In this document: one piece after another, positions 17,831 through 27,112 of the stretch | Position numbering within the stretch: the first letter of the stretch is position 1 | Layout of the letters: the number at the start of each line of letters is the position of its first letter | Assembly: GCA_963713825.1 (NCBI GenBank) | Contig: CAVQNG010000003.1 | Location: forward strand, 1,376,001 to 1,440,000 | From: an uncultured Acidobacteriota bacterium | GTDB taxonomy: Bacteria > Acidobacteriota > Thermoanaerobaculia > Multivoradales > JAHEKO01 | Direction of reading: 5' to 3' | DNA: 64,000 bases | Position numbers and translations under genes: made by a program | Notes under the pieces: generated by a model | What the model saw: only the letters and a program-made list of their open reading frames with translations | What the model was told of the DNA's origin: nothing | The model's database searches: none

Positions 17831-19447
17831 TTATTGGGATGAGGGCGACTTCCGGCGAAAGATCAGGAAGTAGTCATCGATACGGCTGAAAGGCTCATAG
17901 TCGCGCTGCACGATGGGCAGCAGCTTCTGATCCTGGATCAGTCGCTGGAGAGAGGAGTCGGGCAGACCGAACCAGGGGAACGAATCGTTGGCCCTGACCA
18001 GGAGTAGCTCCGGCTGCTGGTCCCTTACCGTCTGAACGACTTCATCGTGCACCTTGTCGGCCAGCCCGTAGCCAGGCATGTAGGCGAAGGTCGTGACGAG
18101 ATGGCGGCCAGCGTTCGGACGATCTCCAAGCAGGTAGGTAACGCCCGCCAAACCCAAAACGTAGATGCTCTGGCCTTCGGGAACCAGGTCGCGTACAGCT
18201 TGCGCTGCCTCCAACTCCCTGGCGTAGCTGTAGTAGTGGGGCTCCTCCCCGCGACGCTCGTGAACGGTTGCGAGATCCTCTGGCCCTGTGAGCCAGCGGG
18301 ACAGGTCGGTCGCGTCGAGTCTGAAGCGCGGTGTCGCGACCATCCAGACGCTCAGTAGACCCAGCAGCATTCCAGAGGCGATGGCGCGCCACGGCGTGCC
18401 TTGCCCCCTGGAGACTATGGAGAGAACACCTTCCAAACCCCAAGCCGAGAGCGCAGCGATTCCCACCATCGCAGGCACCGCGTGGTAGCGAAAGCCCGCA
18501 ACGCCCGTAGCAAAGGCGACAAGACCCCAAACGAAGGTGCCGACAACGAGACTCCAGGATGCCCACCGGATCGTCCCGGTTCTGGCCAGTCGGGTGAGAC
18601 GAAAGAGCCCGAGCAGCACCAGTCCAGCGACGGCGTAGTTCCGAGGCGAGCTCAGGAAGTAGTAGGCGAACCGGACATGGAGATCGGGCGGGATCGGTCG
18701 CACCCCCGTCAGATAGGCCGGATGGTGCTCGAGGAAGAGTTGCAGAAGGCCGGCGAGGCTTCCTGAGAGCAGCACGAACGCCAGCACGATGGCTGAAACC
18801 GTGAAGGTGCCAAGAGCCAAATACCAGGCCCGCTGCTTACCTTCTGCCGTGCGGTTGCTTTCCCACAAAAGCACCAGAAAGAACCCGAAAATTAGGAGCG
18901 CGGCCTGAGGCTTCAGCCAGGCCGCCCAGGCCAAGGCAGCGCCAGACACCAATGCAGCCAGGTGCTGGCGAGGGTTCTCGATCGCAAATAGGCCCGCACT
19001 CAGGGCAATAGCAACAGCGGCCGCTTGGTAGAACTCGACCTGACCGCGCTCGGGCAGGCCCCAAAGGGAGGAGGAGGTCAGAGCGCAGAAGCTCAACGGC
19101 AACAGGAAGAGCAGCGCCAGCCGGGGCTCTCGTTGATTGCTGTTTCGCGGCGCCAGAGCTCCGAACCCGAGCCCCAGCCCGGCGACGAGTAGGGTGACGA
19201 GCTCGACGATCCGAGAAGCCAAGGCCGAAGGTCCGAGAATCGAGATCCGAACCATCTCCTGCAGATAGATCGCCGGAGCCTTGTGGTCGAAGACATCGAG
19301 GTAGAGCGTCTCGCCGTCCAATAGATAGCGGGCTACAGCCGCGAAGAGAGCGGCATCTTCGAAGTAAGGGTAGACGAGCGCAGGGGCCAACAGCACTGCG
19401 GACAGAAGTGCCGCAGCAACCACGACCAGAGTGCTTCGAGTTCTCAT
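17831..19447 (-). CDS. GT-C fold membrane glycosyltransferase (ArnT/PMT-like)
   Basis: EDAALFAAVARYLLDGETLYLDVFDHKAPAIY motif, WLKPQ, about 12 TM segments, C-terminal periplasmic domain. Confidence 0.75.
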   Translation of the reverse strand: MRTRSTLVVVAAALLSAVLLAPALVYPYFEDAALFAAVARYLLDGETLYLDVFDHKAPAIYLQEMVRISILGPSALASRIVELVTLLVAGLGLGFGALAPRNSNQREPRLALLFLLPLSFCALTSSSLWGLPERGQVEFYQAAAVAIALSAGLFAIENPRQHLAALVSGAALAWAAWLKPQAALLIFGFFLVLLWESNRTAEGKQRAWYLALGTFTVSAIVLAFVLLSGSLAGLLQLFLEHHPAYLTGVRPIPPDLHVRFAYYFLSSPRNYAVAGLVLLGLFRLTRLARTGTIRWASWSLVVGTFVWGLVAFATGVAGFRYHAVPAMVGIAALSAWGLEGVLSIVSRGQGTPWRAIASGMLLGLLSVWMVATPRFRLDATDLSRWLTGPEDLATVHERRGEEPHYYSYARELEAAQAVRDLVPEGQSIYVLGLAGVTYLLGDRPNAGRHLVTTFAYMPGYGLADKVHDEVVQTVRDQQPELLLVRANDSFPWFGLPDSSLQRLIQDQKLLPIVQRDYEPFSRIDDYFLIFRRKSPSSQ

Positions 19448-19501
19448 TGCCCGTTCGTACTTTGCGATTCGATGGAGACGCTCGAGTCCCTGAATCGGCT
19501 T

Positions 19502-21130
19502 CTACTCCTCCTCCTCTTCTTCATCCTCTTCGTCCCCTACTTCGCTCTCGGGTGGCTTCCTGGGAATCGGTTTTCGAGGCAGCAACTCATCGCGCATGGC
19601 GGCGTGATAGGCGAAGGAGGCCATGACCACCGAGGCCTGCACCAGGTCCTCGCGCTGAGCGTGATCGAAGACGTCCAAATTGGAGTGATGGGTGCGAGTG
19701 TAGTAGTCGAGGTCGTCCTGGATGAACTGGAAGCCGGGCAGACCGACAGCGTCGAAAGCGACGTGGTCGGTACCGCCGGTATTGCGGTTGGTCACGGTGT
19801 CGGCGCCCATGTCTCGGAAGGGTTTCAGCCACGCCTCGAAAACCTGAGCGACGGCCGCGTTGCCCTGCGTGTAGATGCCGCGGATCTTGCCACTGCCATT
19901 GTCGAGATTGAAGTACGCCGACAGCTTGGCATGATCCGGCTTGACAGTAATGGGCCAGCCCAGAGTTCGCAGGTGGGCCGGGAACTCCTGCTCCTCGGCA
20001 ATCTCGGAGTCGGGCCGGGACGCGTAGTGTTTCTCGACATGGGCGCGAGCTCCGAGAAGGCCTTGTTCCTCGCCAGCCCAGAGGCCAACCCGGATCGTGC
20101 GACGGGGTCTTACCTCGAGGGCCTGCAGAATGCGCACGGCCTCCATGACGACAGCCGTACCCGTGCCGTTGTCATTGGACCCTGTGCCGGCATGCCAGGA
20201 ATCGAGGTGGGCGCCCAGCAGCACGACTTCGTCGGCCTTGTCGGTGCCTGGGATCTCGGCAATCGTGTTGTAGACCACGAGGTCGTCGTAGAACTGAGAT
20301 TCGAAGTCGAGCTCGAGCTCGACTTCCTGGTCCTCCTCCAGCAGCCTCGAGATCCAGTTGTAGTGCTCCGCGGCCAACACAAATGAGGGCACACCGACGC
20401 TTTCGTCCGGCTGTCGCGAACCGGCGCTACCGAGTCGCAGCGTGCCGCCGTCCCGAGAACTGATGTCCGCGACGGCGATCGCGCCCTCCTTGACCAGGAA
20501 TTCGTTCAAGGCCCGGCGCAGCTTCAGGTGCTTGCGGGCTTCTTCGAGCCATTTGCCGACTTGGCCAGAGGGAAAGTCGAACGCCTCCATCTCTTGGAGG
20601 TCCTCGGGAGAGAGTCGAGCAAACTCGGCCAGCTCGGGAGGTTTGATCTCGCGCTTGTCGCTCATGAAGAGGACCTTGCCTTGCAGCCCTCCACGGTACT
20701 GATCGAGGTCGTCCTCGGATTCGATCTTCGCCTGGATCGCCTGGCCGCGAATGGGACCGTTCGTGCCGGGTGTCCAAGCCTTGGGCAGCGCCATCAGCGG
20801 CGTCTGGCGTGGCTGCAGCATGTGGACGGTGGACCGACTGAAGGACCAGCCCCGCCCGAAGGGCCCCCACTCCTCGAGGTGCCCGTTCTCCAGCCCCCAC
20901 TCCTGCAGTTTCTCGAGTGTCCATTCATTGGCCTCGACCAGAGCTGGCGAGCCGGTCAGCCGGGGACCGATCCGGTCGGTGAGGTGCTGCAGGGTATCCA
21001 TCACCTGCGAGTGGTGGATGCCTTCGTCTCGAATGCGGTTGACCATTTCCCAATGAACAGGCTCATCGGCCCACAGGGTGCAGGCGAACAGAAGGCAGGT
21101 GGCGGCGAGAAGAGTGAAGCTCCGTCGCAT
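19502..21130 (-). CDS. M28 family peptidase (carboxypeptidase Q-like), secreted
   Basis: IGPRLTGSP, GAHLDSW, DNGTG, GEEQGLLG, NLDNG, TDH, HHSNLD; acidic C-terminal tail. Confidence 0.9.
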   Translation of the reverse strand: MRRSFTLLAATCLLFACTLWADEPVHWEMVNRIRDEGIHHSQVMDTLQHLTDRIGPRLTGSPALVEANEWTLEKLQEWGLENGHLEEWGPFGRGWSFSRSTVHMLQPRQTPLMALPKAWTPGTNGPIRGQAIQAKIESEDDLDQYRGGLQGKVLFMSDKREIKPPELAEFARLSPEDLQEMEAFDFPSGQVGKWLEEARKHLKLRRALNEFLVKEGAIAVADISSRDGGTLRLGSAGSRQPDESVGVPSFVLAAEHYNWISRLLEEDQEVELELDFESQFYDDLVVYNTIAEIPGTDKADEVVLLGAHLDSWHAGTGSNDNGTGTAVVMEAVRILQALEVRPRRTIRVGLWAGEEQGLLGARAHVEKHYASRPDSEIAEEQEFPAHLRTLGWPITVKPDHAKLSAYFNLDNGSGKIRGIYTQGNAAVAQVFEAWLKPFRDMGADTVTNRNTGGTDHVAFDAVGLPGFQFIQDDLDYYTRTHHSNLDVFDHAQREDLVQASVVMASFAYHAAMRDELLPRKPIPRKPPESEVGDEEDEEEEEE

Positions 21131-21349
21131 GGTGTTCTCCCAGTCTTGAGTGGCGGCGCGAGTGTGAGCAATCTCGAGAGGGTGACCGGTGGCAGTCTAT
21201 CCCACCGATCAAGGTTGAAACGGGTCTCTGGTCGGCTTCTCGACCCCGATTCGGAGAGCGGCTAAACCCTGGAATGACGGTAGAATGCTTCCCTCGGGCT
21301 AAGTCACGATCCAGGACAAGATTTCAGACTTCAAACAGAGAGGCGGACA

Positions 21350-22123
21350 ATGATCATTTCCCTGGTCAATGTGAAGGGTGGCGTTGGAAAGACCACGACG
21401 GCGGTCAATCTGGGGGCCGGCTTCGCGGGTAGTGGACTGCGAGTTCTGCTGGTCGATCTCGACCCACAGGGCTCGGCCAGCTATTCGCTCGGCATCGACA
21501 CCGATCAAGTGAAGGCCTCGAGCGTGGATCTCCTGGTCGGTGAGCAGCCGATCGAAGACGTGATCGTGGAGACCGCAGTCGAGGGTCTCGACTTGGTCCC
21601 CGGCAGCATGGAGTTGGCTGCAGCCGATCTCGCTCTGGCTCGCAAGAAGCACCCTGAGCGGAGAATGAAAAAGGCATTGAAGCCTGTGGCCCGCCGGTAC
21701 GACTTCATCCTCGTGGATTGCCCTCCCGGTCTGTCGATTCTGTCGGTCAACGGACTGGTCGCGGCGAATTTCTACATCCTTCCCGTGGTGCCCCACGACC
21801 TGGACATGGAGGCCATGAATCACTTCTTCAAGGCTCTCGAGAGCCTGGGCCGGAGCGTGCGCGGCCTGCCGGACTTACTGGGAGTTCTAATGACGATGGT
21901 AGATCACCGCACCGCGGTGACCAACGCCGTCGTCGAGGGCGTTCGCAGGGCCCTGGGCAGGGAAGTCTTCCAAACGGAGATTCCGATCAATGTCCGTCTC
22001 GCCGAGGCTCCGGGCTACGGGCTGTCGATCTTCGACTATGAGGCGTGGTCGCCGGGCGCCAGGGCGTATAGCCAACTGGGTGGGGAAGTCATCCGCCGTC
22101 TGCGGCAGAAGAACGCGATCTAG
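21350..22123 (+). CDS. ParA/Soj family ATPase (orphan)
   Basis: KGGVGKTTTAVN deviant Walker A, DLDPQG, DCPP, IPINVRLAEAP. Confidence 0.92.
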   Translation: MIISLVNVKGGVGKTTTAVNLGAGFAGSGLRVLLVDLDPQGSASYSLGIDTDQVKASSVDLLVGEQPIEDVIVETAVEGLDLVPGSMELAAADLALARKKHPERRMKKALKPVARRYDFILVDCPPGLSILSVNGLVAANFYILPVVPHDLDMEAMNHFFKALESLGRSVRGLPDLLGVLMTMVDHRTAVTNAVVEGVRRALGREVFQTEIPINVRLAEAPGYGLSIFDYEAWSPGARAYSQLGGEVIRRLRQKNAI

Positions 22124-22142
22124 AAGGCAGGGGCTCTGGCAC

Positions 22143-22541
22143 TCAGGAGAGGAGTAGCTCCTGCCTCTCCAATTCTCGGACCCATTCGTCGATGGCCTCG
22201 GCCATGTCCTGCGGCAGATCGAGGAATCGAAGACCCATTCCCGGGTCGTAGCGGTGCTCACGAGAGTAGCGCCGCTGCCAGACGACTTCGCAGTGGCATG
22301 CAGCGATCCGATTCACCGGATCGGGCAGAGGGAACTCCACCCAGAACTGGCTGCCAGGCTCACGCGGGTTGATGGTGCCGATCATCATGCCGCTCTTGCT
22401 CAAGTTCTTCGCATAGCCGAAGAACGTCTTGTGACCATCGGTGCAGTCTGCCTGGACCACGGTAATGGGTACCCGCAGTGCTTGTCGCGAGTCGGCTTGG
22501 GGGGTTTCGTCAGCTTGGCGCTGGTGCTTTTCCAGAATCAT
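22143..22541 (-). CDS. PilZ domain protein (putative c-di-GMP receptor)
   Basis: RQALR (RxxxR), NLSKSG ((D/N)xSxxG), EVVW, PGMGLRF. Confidence 0.85.
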   Translation of the reverse strand: MILEKHQRQADETPQADSRQALRVPITVVQADCTDGHKTFFGYAKNLSKSGMMIGTINPREPGSQFWVEFPLPDPVNRIAACHCEVVWQRRYSREHRYDPGMGLRFLDLPQDMAEAIDEWVRELERQELLLS

Positions 22542-22668
22542 GAACCACCTCGTAGAGTCCGGCAGAACAGGATGTTGTCGCGCACACCCTAGTCTGAGCA
22601 GCAGCCCGATGCCGTGCTATGAAATAGCTCACTCGCGTCTTTGGGGGCAAATGAGGCAAACTGACTCC

Positions 22669-23040
22669 ATGGTGAGTTCATTTCGAGTGCTCTCGAGTCG
22701 TTCGGCGTCACTTCTCCTCGTCGGGGCTCTGCTATTCGTTTTCGGGTGTGGCGACCTGTTGGTGAAGAGGTCGGCCGGGGAGAAGCTCTATCGCAAGAAC
22801 TGCGCCGACTGCCACGGTCTCGACGGCAAGGGGCAAACCATTCGATACATGGGGAATCCCAACGCGAATCTCGCCGACAGCAGCTGGAAGTACGGTGGAG
22901 GCGACAGCGTTGCGATTCAGAATGTGCTGCTCCAGGGGCTGGTGGAGCGTCATCCTTCGTCGCTGCAAAGGTTGCGGCCGAACGAAGTCAAGGCGATAGC
23001 CGGCTGGGTTCTGGAGCTCCGAGGCGAAGTCAGTCGCTAG
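22669..23040 (+). CDS. Monoheme c-type cytochrome (possible lipoprotein)
   Basis: GEKLYRKNCADCHGLDGKG; hydrophobic N-terminus ending VFGC. Start uncertain. Confidence 0.8.
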   Translation: MVSSFRVLSSRSASLLLVGALLFVFGCGDLLVKRSAGEKLYRKNCADCHGLDGKGQTIRYMGNPNANLADSSWKYGGGDSVAIQNVLLQGLVERHPSSLQRLRPNEVKAIAGWVLELRGEVSR

Positions 23041-23059
23041 AGTCCCAGTTGCTAGAGAC

Positions 23060-24331
23060 CTAGTCCCATTCGCTTGTTCCCCCCGATTCGAATCCGCCCG
23101 TGAAAACGGTGCTGGCGCTGACGAATCGGTAGATCGTGCCGCCGAGGTCTACCAGGTAGATCTCACCGGACTCGTCCTCCCCGAAACCGCTGATGGAGTG
23201 GGACGTGTCGCGCCACAAAGAGCGGGTCCAACTTCCGTCCGACTGCTCAATGCCAAGCCAGATGCGGCCGCTGCAGTAGTCGCCAAACACATAGGTGCCG
23301 ACCAGGCCGGCGATGAAGTGCCCGCCGTATCTGTAGCCGCCCGTCACGGAGCAGCCCAGCGTATGGGAGTACTGCAGAATCGGGAAGTCGTACAGCTGGG
23401 CAGCGCCGCACAGGGGCGAGGGATCGGTGGGGTTGGCAGTGTCGGCTTCGAAGCAATCCCAGCCCCAATTCATGCCGCCTTTACTCGACCAGGGTTCGAC
23501 GTCGATCTCCTCGATAGCATTCTGACCCACATCGCCGATGAACATGTCGCCCGAGTAGCGATCGAAACTCCAGCGCCAGGGGTTCCGCAGACCGAGCGCC
23601 CAGATCTCGTCGCAGTCACCTGTACCGCCGGCAAACGGGTTGTCGGGTGGAATACCGTAGGCCGCTTTCAGGCCGCAGAGGTCGTTCGGTTCAGCCGGAG
23701 GAAGACCATCGACGTCGATGCGCAGCATCTTGCCAAGCAGCGAGGTTGGATCCTGGGAGCGCTCGTTGGGGTCGTTCGAGGATCCACCATCACCCATGCC
23801 GATGTAGAGGTAGCCGTCGGGTCCGAAGAGAATGTTGCCACCGTTGTGGTTGCTGAAATCCTGTTCGATCTCCAGAAGGACCTTCGCCGAGGTGGGATCC
23901 GCCCGATCGGGGTCGCTGTCGGATACCGAGTAGCGAGCTATGACCGTGCGGTCTTTGCCCGACGCCGGGTTGTGTGTGTAGTTGACGAAGAAATAACCGT
24001 TGTCGGAAAACTGTGGATGAAAGTCGAGCCCGAGCAGTCCTTCCTCGTTGCCGGCATCCTGGACGAGGTCGACGATGTCCAGGAACGGAGCGGCTAGAAC
24101 CTGTCCATCCTTCAAGACTCGAATCCTGCCGGCTTGCTCGATGACAAAGAGGCGGCCGGTACCGTCGCCGGAGTGGCGGATGGCGACGGGCCGGACGAAG
24201 CCGGTGGCAATCGTCATGAGGTCTAGATCGTCTGGAGCCTCGGCTTGCAGCCTCTCTGGTGCGGCCAGCAGCGCCGCGGTCCACAGCAGGCTTCCAAGCG
24301 GGGCGAGAACTCTCGATAGTCGGTAGATCAT
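23060..24331 (-). CDS. PQQ-dependent sugar dehydrogenase (glucose/sorbosone DH, YliI-like)
   Basis: EGLLGLDFHP, NHNGG, FGPDGYLYIGMGDGG, GKMLRID, GLRNPWR, DVGQ. Confidence 0.92.
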   Translation of the reverse strand: MIYRLSRVLAPLGSLLWTAALLAAPERLQAEAPDDLDLMTIATGFVRPVAIRHSGDGTGRLFVIEQAGRIRVLKDGQVLAAPFLDIVDLVQDAGNEEGLLGLDFHPQFSDNGYFFVNYTHNPASGKDRTVIARYSVSDSDPDRADPTSAKVLLEIEQDFSNHNGGNILFGPDGYLYIGMGDGGSSNDPNERSQDPTSLLGKMLRIDVDGLPPAEPNDLCGLKAAYGIPPDNPFAGGTGDCDEIWALGLRNPWRWSFDRYSGDMFIGDVGQNAIEEIDVEPWSSKGGMNWGWDCFEADTANPTDPSPLCGAAQLYDFPILQYSHTLGCSVTGGYRYGGHFIAGLVGTYVFGDYCSGRIWLGIEQSDGSWTRSLWRDTSHSISGFGEDESGEIYLVDLGGTIYRFVSASTVFTGGFESGGTSEWD

Positions 24332-24598
24332 CTTGCGACTCCTGCTAGCGGGTCTGACGATTGGACCTTTGGCTGGATGGCCGGCCGAGGCGGGACCTTA
24401 GCACCAGGGGGTAGGGGGTGTCAGTTAGAGGATTCTCGTAAGCGGGCAGACGCCTCCCACCCCTCGGAGTGGGCATCGGCCCGTCAGATCGGGTGTTGTA
24501 TCGAAGTCTCGTACCTTCGAGGATGGAGGGACCCACAGTGGGCCGGCGAGGCCGGGTGAGGGCGGTGGCTCCAGATCCCAATCCAAGAGGAGAGAAGA

Positions 24599-25693
24599 AT
24601 GAGGCGGTTCGACAAGTCCGGTATGTTCATGGTTGCAGCCTGGGCGGCACTCGTCTCCCTGGTTTGCAGCCCGGGACTGATGGCCGAATGGAAGATCGAG
24701 TCGGCCGATGGTGATACCTCCATCAAATTCGGTTTCCTGATGCAGGCGCGAGGTGAGATCCAGGATCAGATCGACGGCGATGGCACGAGCCAGGATCTCT
24801 ATTTCCGCCGTTTGCGAATTCTCTTCGGTGGCAACATTTCCAAGAAGTGGAGCTTCTTCTTCGAGACCGACAGCCCCAATCTCGGCAAGGGCACGCCATC
24901 GGGTGACAAGGTCGCGGCGGATATCTACATTCAGGATTTCTTCGTCACCTACAATCACAGCAACGCGTTCAAGGTGGATGTGGGCGCGATACTCATTCCC
25001 TTGTCGCACAACTCCCAACAGTCGGCGGCGACACTGCTGCCTGCCGACTATGCTGCGTACTCCTTCCTCAACTCCGGCCCAACGGACTCCAGGGTGGGCC
25101 GCGACTATGGATTTCAGCTGCGGGGCTTTCTTGCCAACGACCATTTCGAGTATCGCGCCGGCGTGTATCAGGGCGAGCGGGGTGAGTCATCGGAGTACGA
25201 GTTCCGCTACGTCGGTCGAGTGGTCTTCTACCCGTTCGAGGCCGACAAGGGCTTCTACTATGCCGGTACCACCCTGGGGAAGAAGCAGATCCTGGCCCTC
25301 GGAGCCGGTATCGACCACCAGGAAAGCTATGATGCCTACTCGCTGGACATGTTCTACGACCAGCCCGTCGGAAACGGCAACGGACTCACCCTGCAGCTTG
25401 GCGGCATCCGGTACGACGGAGGAGAGATTTTTCCCGAGCTGTCCATCAGAGATGTGCTCATGGCGGAAGCGGGGTTCTACTGGGATCGCTTCAAGGTCCA
25501 ACCCTTCGTCACGTACTACGCCCTGGACAGAGACGAAGAGGAGTTGGACGATCAAAGTCGTTTCGGCGTCGGGCTCGGCTACTACCTGAAGGGCTCCAAT
25601 CGAAATCTCAAGTTCTCCTATACGGACATCAGGACCGACAATCAGCCCAGTCGTAGCCAGTGGCTTCTGCAGCTCCAGATCTTCATGTTCTGA
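24599..25693 (+). CDS. Outer-membrane porin (OprO/OprP-like)
   Basis: Signal peptide, FRRLRILFGG, GRDYG, amphipathic beta strands, C-terminal LQLQIFMF. Confidence 0.75.
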   Translation: MRRFDKSGMFMVAAWAALVSLVCSPGLMAEWKIESADGDTSIKFGFLMQARGEIQDQIDGDGTSQDLYFRRLRILFGGNISKKWSFFFETDSPNLGKGTPSGDKVAADIYIQDFFVTYNHSNAFKVDVGAILIPLSHNSQQSAATLLPADYAAYSFLNSGPTDSRVGRDYGFQLRGFLANDHFEYRAGVYQGERGESSEYEFRYVGRVVFYPFEADKGFYYAGTTLGKKQILALGAGIDHQESYDAYSLDMFYDQPVGNGNGLTLQLGGIRYDGGEIFPELSIRDVLMAEAGFYWDRFKVQPFVTYYALDRDEEELDDQSRFGVGLGYYLKGSNRNLKFSYTDIRTDNQPSRSQWLLQLQIFMF

Positions 25694-25817
25694 CCGGAGG
25701 ATCACGTCTGGAGAGTCCGAAGGACAGGTCTCCAGGGACCCGAGAAGGTAAACTAGCCCGCCGGGCGCTGAGCCTCTTCAGCCCCTGGCTGGGCTTGTGC
25801 GCGACCTGGACCCTTTG

Positions 25818-27098
25818 ATGCCGCAGCAACGAATCCGTCTGCCCTGGACAGACTCCGGAGAATCGCCTGCACCTGGTGCCGGCTACTGGTTCTACGCTCT
25901 CCACCTGGCCACGATCTGGGGTCTGGCGCTTTCGAATGCCTTCCAGGGTCTGGCGCTGCTGTGGGTCATGATCCGTTGGAAGAAGGTGCGCCCCTCCTCC
26001 GAAACGTTGTTTGCAACGGGCATGGATCGGCTGCTCAAGCCATTCGCGCTGTACGCGGTGGTCTTCGTGGTGTCGGTGCTGACTTCCTACAAGGTGCCCG
26101 AAAGCGCCGCCCATCTTCGCGGTCTGATCGGACTGACAACCTTGCCCCTGGCCTTCGTGCTGGTACGGGGTGAACGCCAGGTCCGGGTCCTGTTCGACAT
26201 CCTGATCTGGGTCACGTTCGGTCTGGCCATCCTGGGAATCGGTCAGTACCTGCTGACCGACTACGGTAGCCTGGACAACCGAATCCCAGGTGCGTTTTCC
26301 CACTACATGACCTACTCGGGCATCCTGCTGGTCGGCAGTTGCCTCGTGCTGGCCAGGATCGTGTCCGGCACCGAGACCAAGCAGTTGCGGAACTGGCTGA
26401 TCCTGGTGCCAATCCTGATCGCCATGGTTCTCACCCTGACTCGCCACGCGTGGTTGGCGGCCTTCGTGGTCATGACGATTGCCTGGCTGCTCAGGTTCCG
26501 ACGATTGCTTTGGGTCTACATCGCCGGTGTCCTGCTGCTCCTTGTGATCACCGCCAGCGTCGCTCCAGAGCATTGGTCACGCTTTCGATCGATCGCCAGC
26601 CTCGAAGATCCGTCGAACTACGATCGACTTTGCATGGCCTACGCCGGGATCCACATGATCGAGGATACGCCTCTCTTCGGCATCGGCCCAGGCATGGTCG
26701 AGTACTACTATCCGATCTACCGGCACCCCACCTCGACTCGCTCGCACGTCATGCATTTGCACAACACCCTCATGCAATTGGGAGCCGAGCGAGGTCTGTT
26801 GACGGTGATCGCGTACCTCTGGCTGATGATCGCGGCGGCACTCTTGAGCTATCGAGGCCTGAAGAGAGATGGGGGCCTCACAGGCCCCCGAGCGGATCTT
26901 TATCTAGGGACTCTGCTGACCCTGATCGCCTTCAACTTCGCAGGCATATTCGAGGCCAACTGGCGGGACACCGAGGTTCAACGGTGGATGCTCTTCCTAC
27001 TCGCCGTGCCTTGCTGCCTGCCGATTCTCGGTAGCGGCGAGCGTGCCGAGGTACTCGAAGACCCCACCGACCCGGTCAGCGATCCCTCTGAAGCCTGA
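25818..27098 (+). CDS. O-antigen ligase (Wzy_C) family membrane protein
   Basis: Multi-TM; TLTRHAW, SNYDRL, PLFGIGPG, HLHNTLMQLGAERG. Start at 25797 or 25818. Confidence 0.88.
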   Translation: MPQQRIRLPWTDSGESPAPGAGYWFYALHLATIWGLALSNAFQGLALLWVMIRWKKVRPSSETLFATGMDRLLKPFALYAVVFVVSVLTSYKVPESAAHLRGLIGLTTLPLAFVLVRGERQVRVLFDILIWVTFGLAILGIGQYLLTDYGSLDNRIPGAFSHYMTYSGILLVGSCLVLARIVSGTETKQLRNWLILVPILIAMVLTLTRHAWLAAFVVMTIAWLLRFRRLLWVYIAGVLLLLVITASVAPEHWSRFRSIASLEDPSNYDRLCMAYAGIHMIEDTPLFGIGPGMVEYYYPIYRHPTSTRSHVMHLHNTLMQLGAERGLLTVIAYLWLMIAAALLSYRGLKRDGGLTGPRADLYLGTLLTLIAFNFAGIFEANWRDTEVQRWMLFLLAVPCCLPILGSGERAEVLEDPTDPVSDPSEA

Positions 27099-27112
27099 GC
27101 CGGCCCTGGTCC

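Noticed and set aside
21350-22123. Plasmid or prophage partition locus
   Set aside because: No parB, rep or phage genes; the window carries chromosomal housekeeping genes.
24410-24450. c-di-AMP (ydaO) riboswitch-like gtcag...ctcgtaagcg
   Set aside because: Only a fragment resembles the consensus; the 5' GCTGAA and GGGGGA elements were not found.
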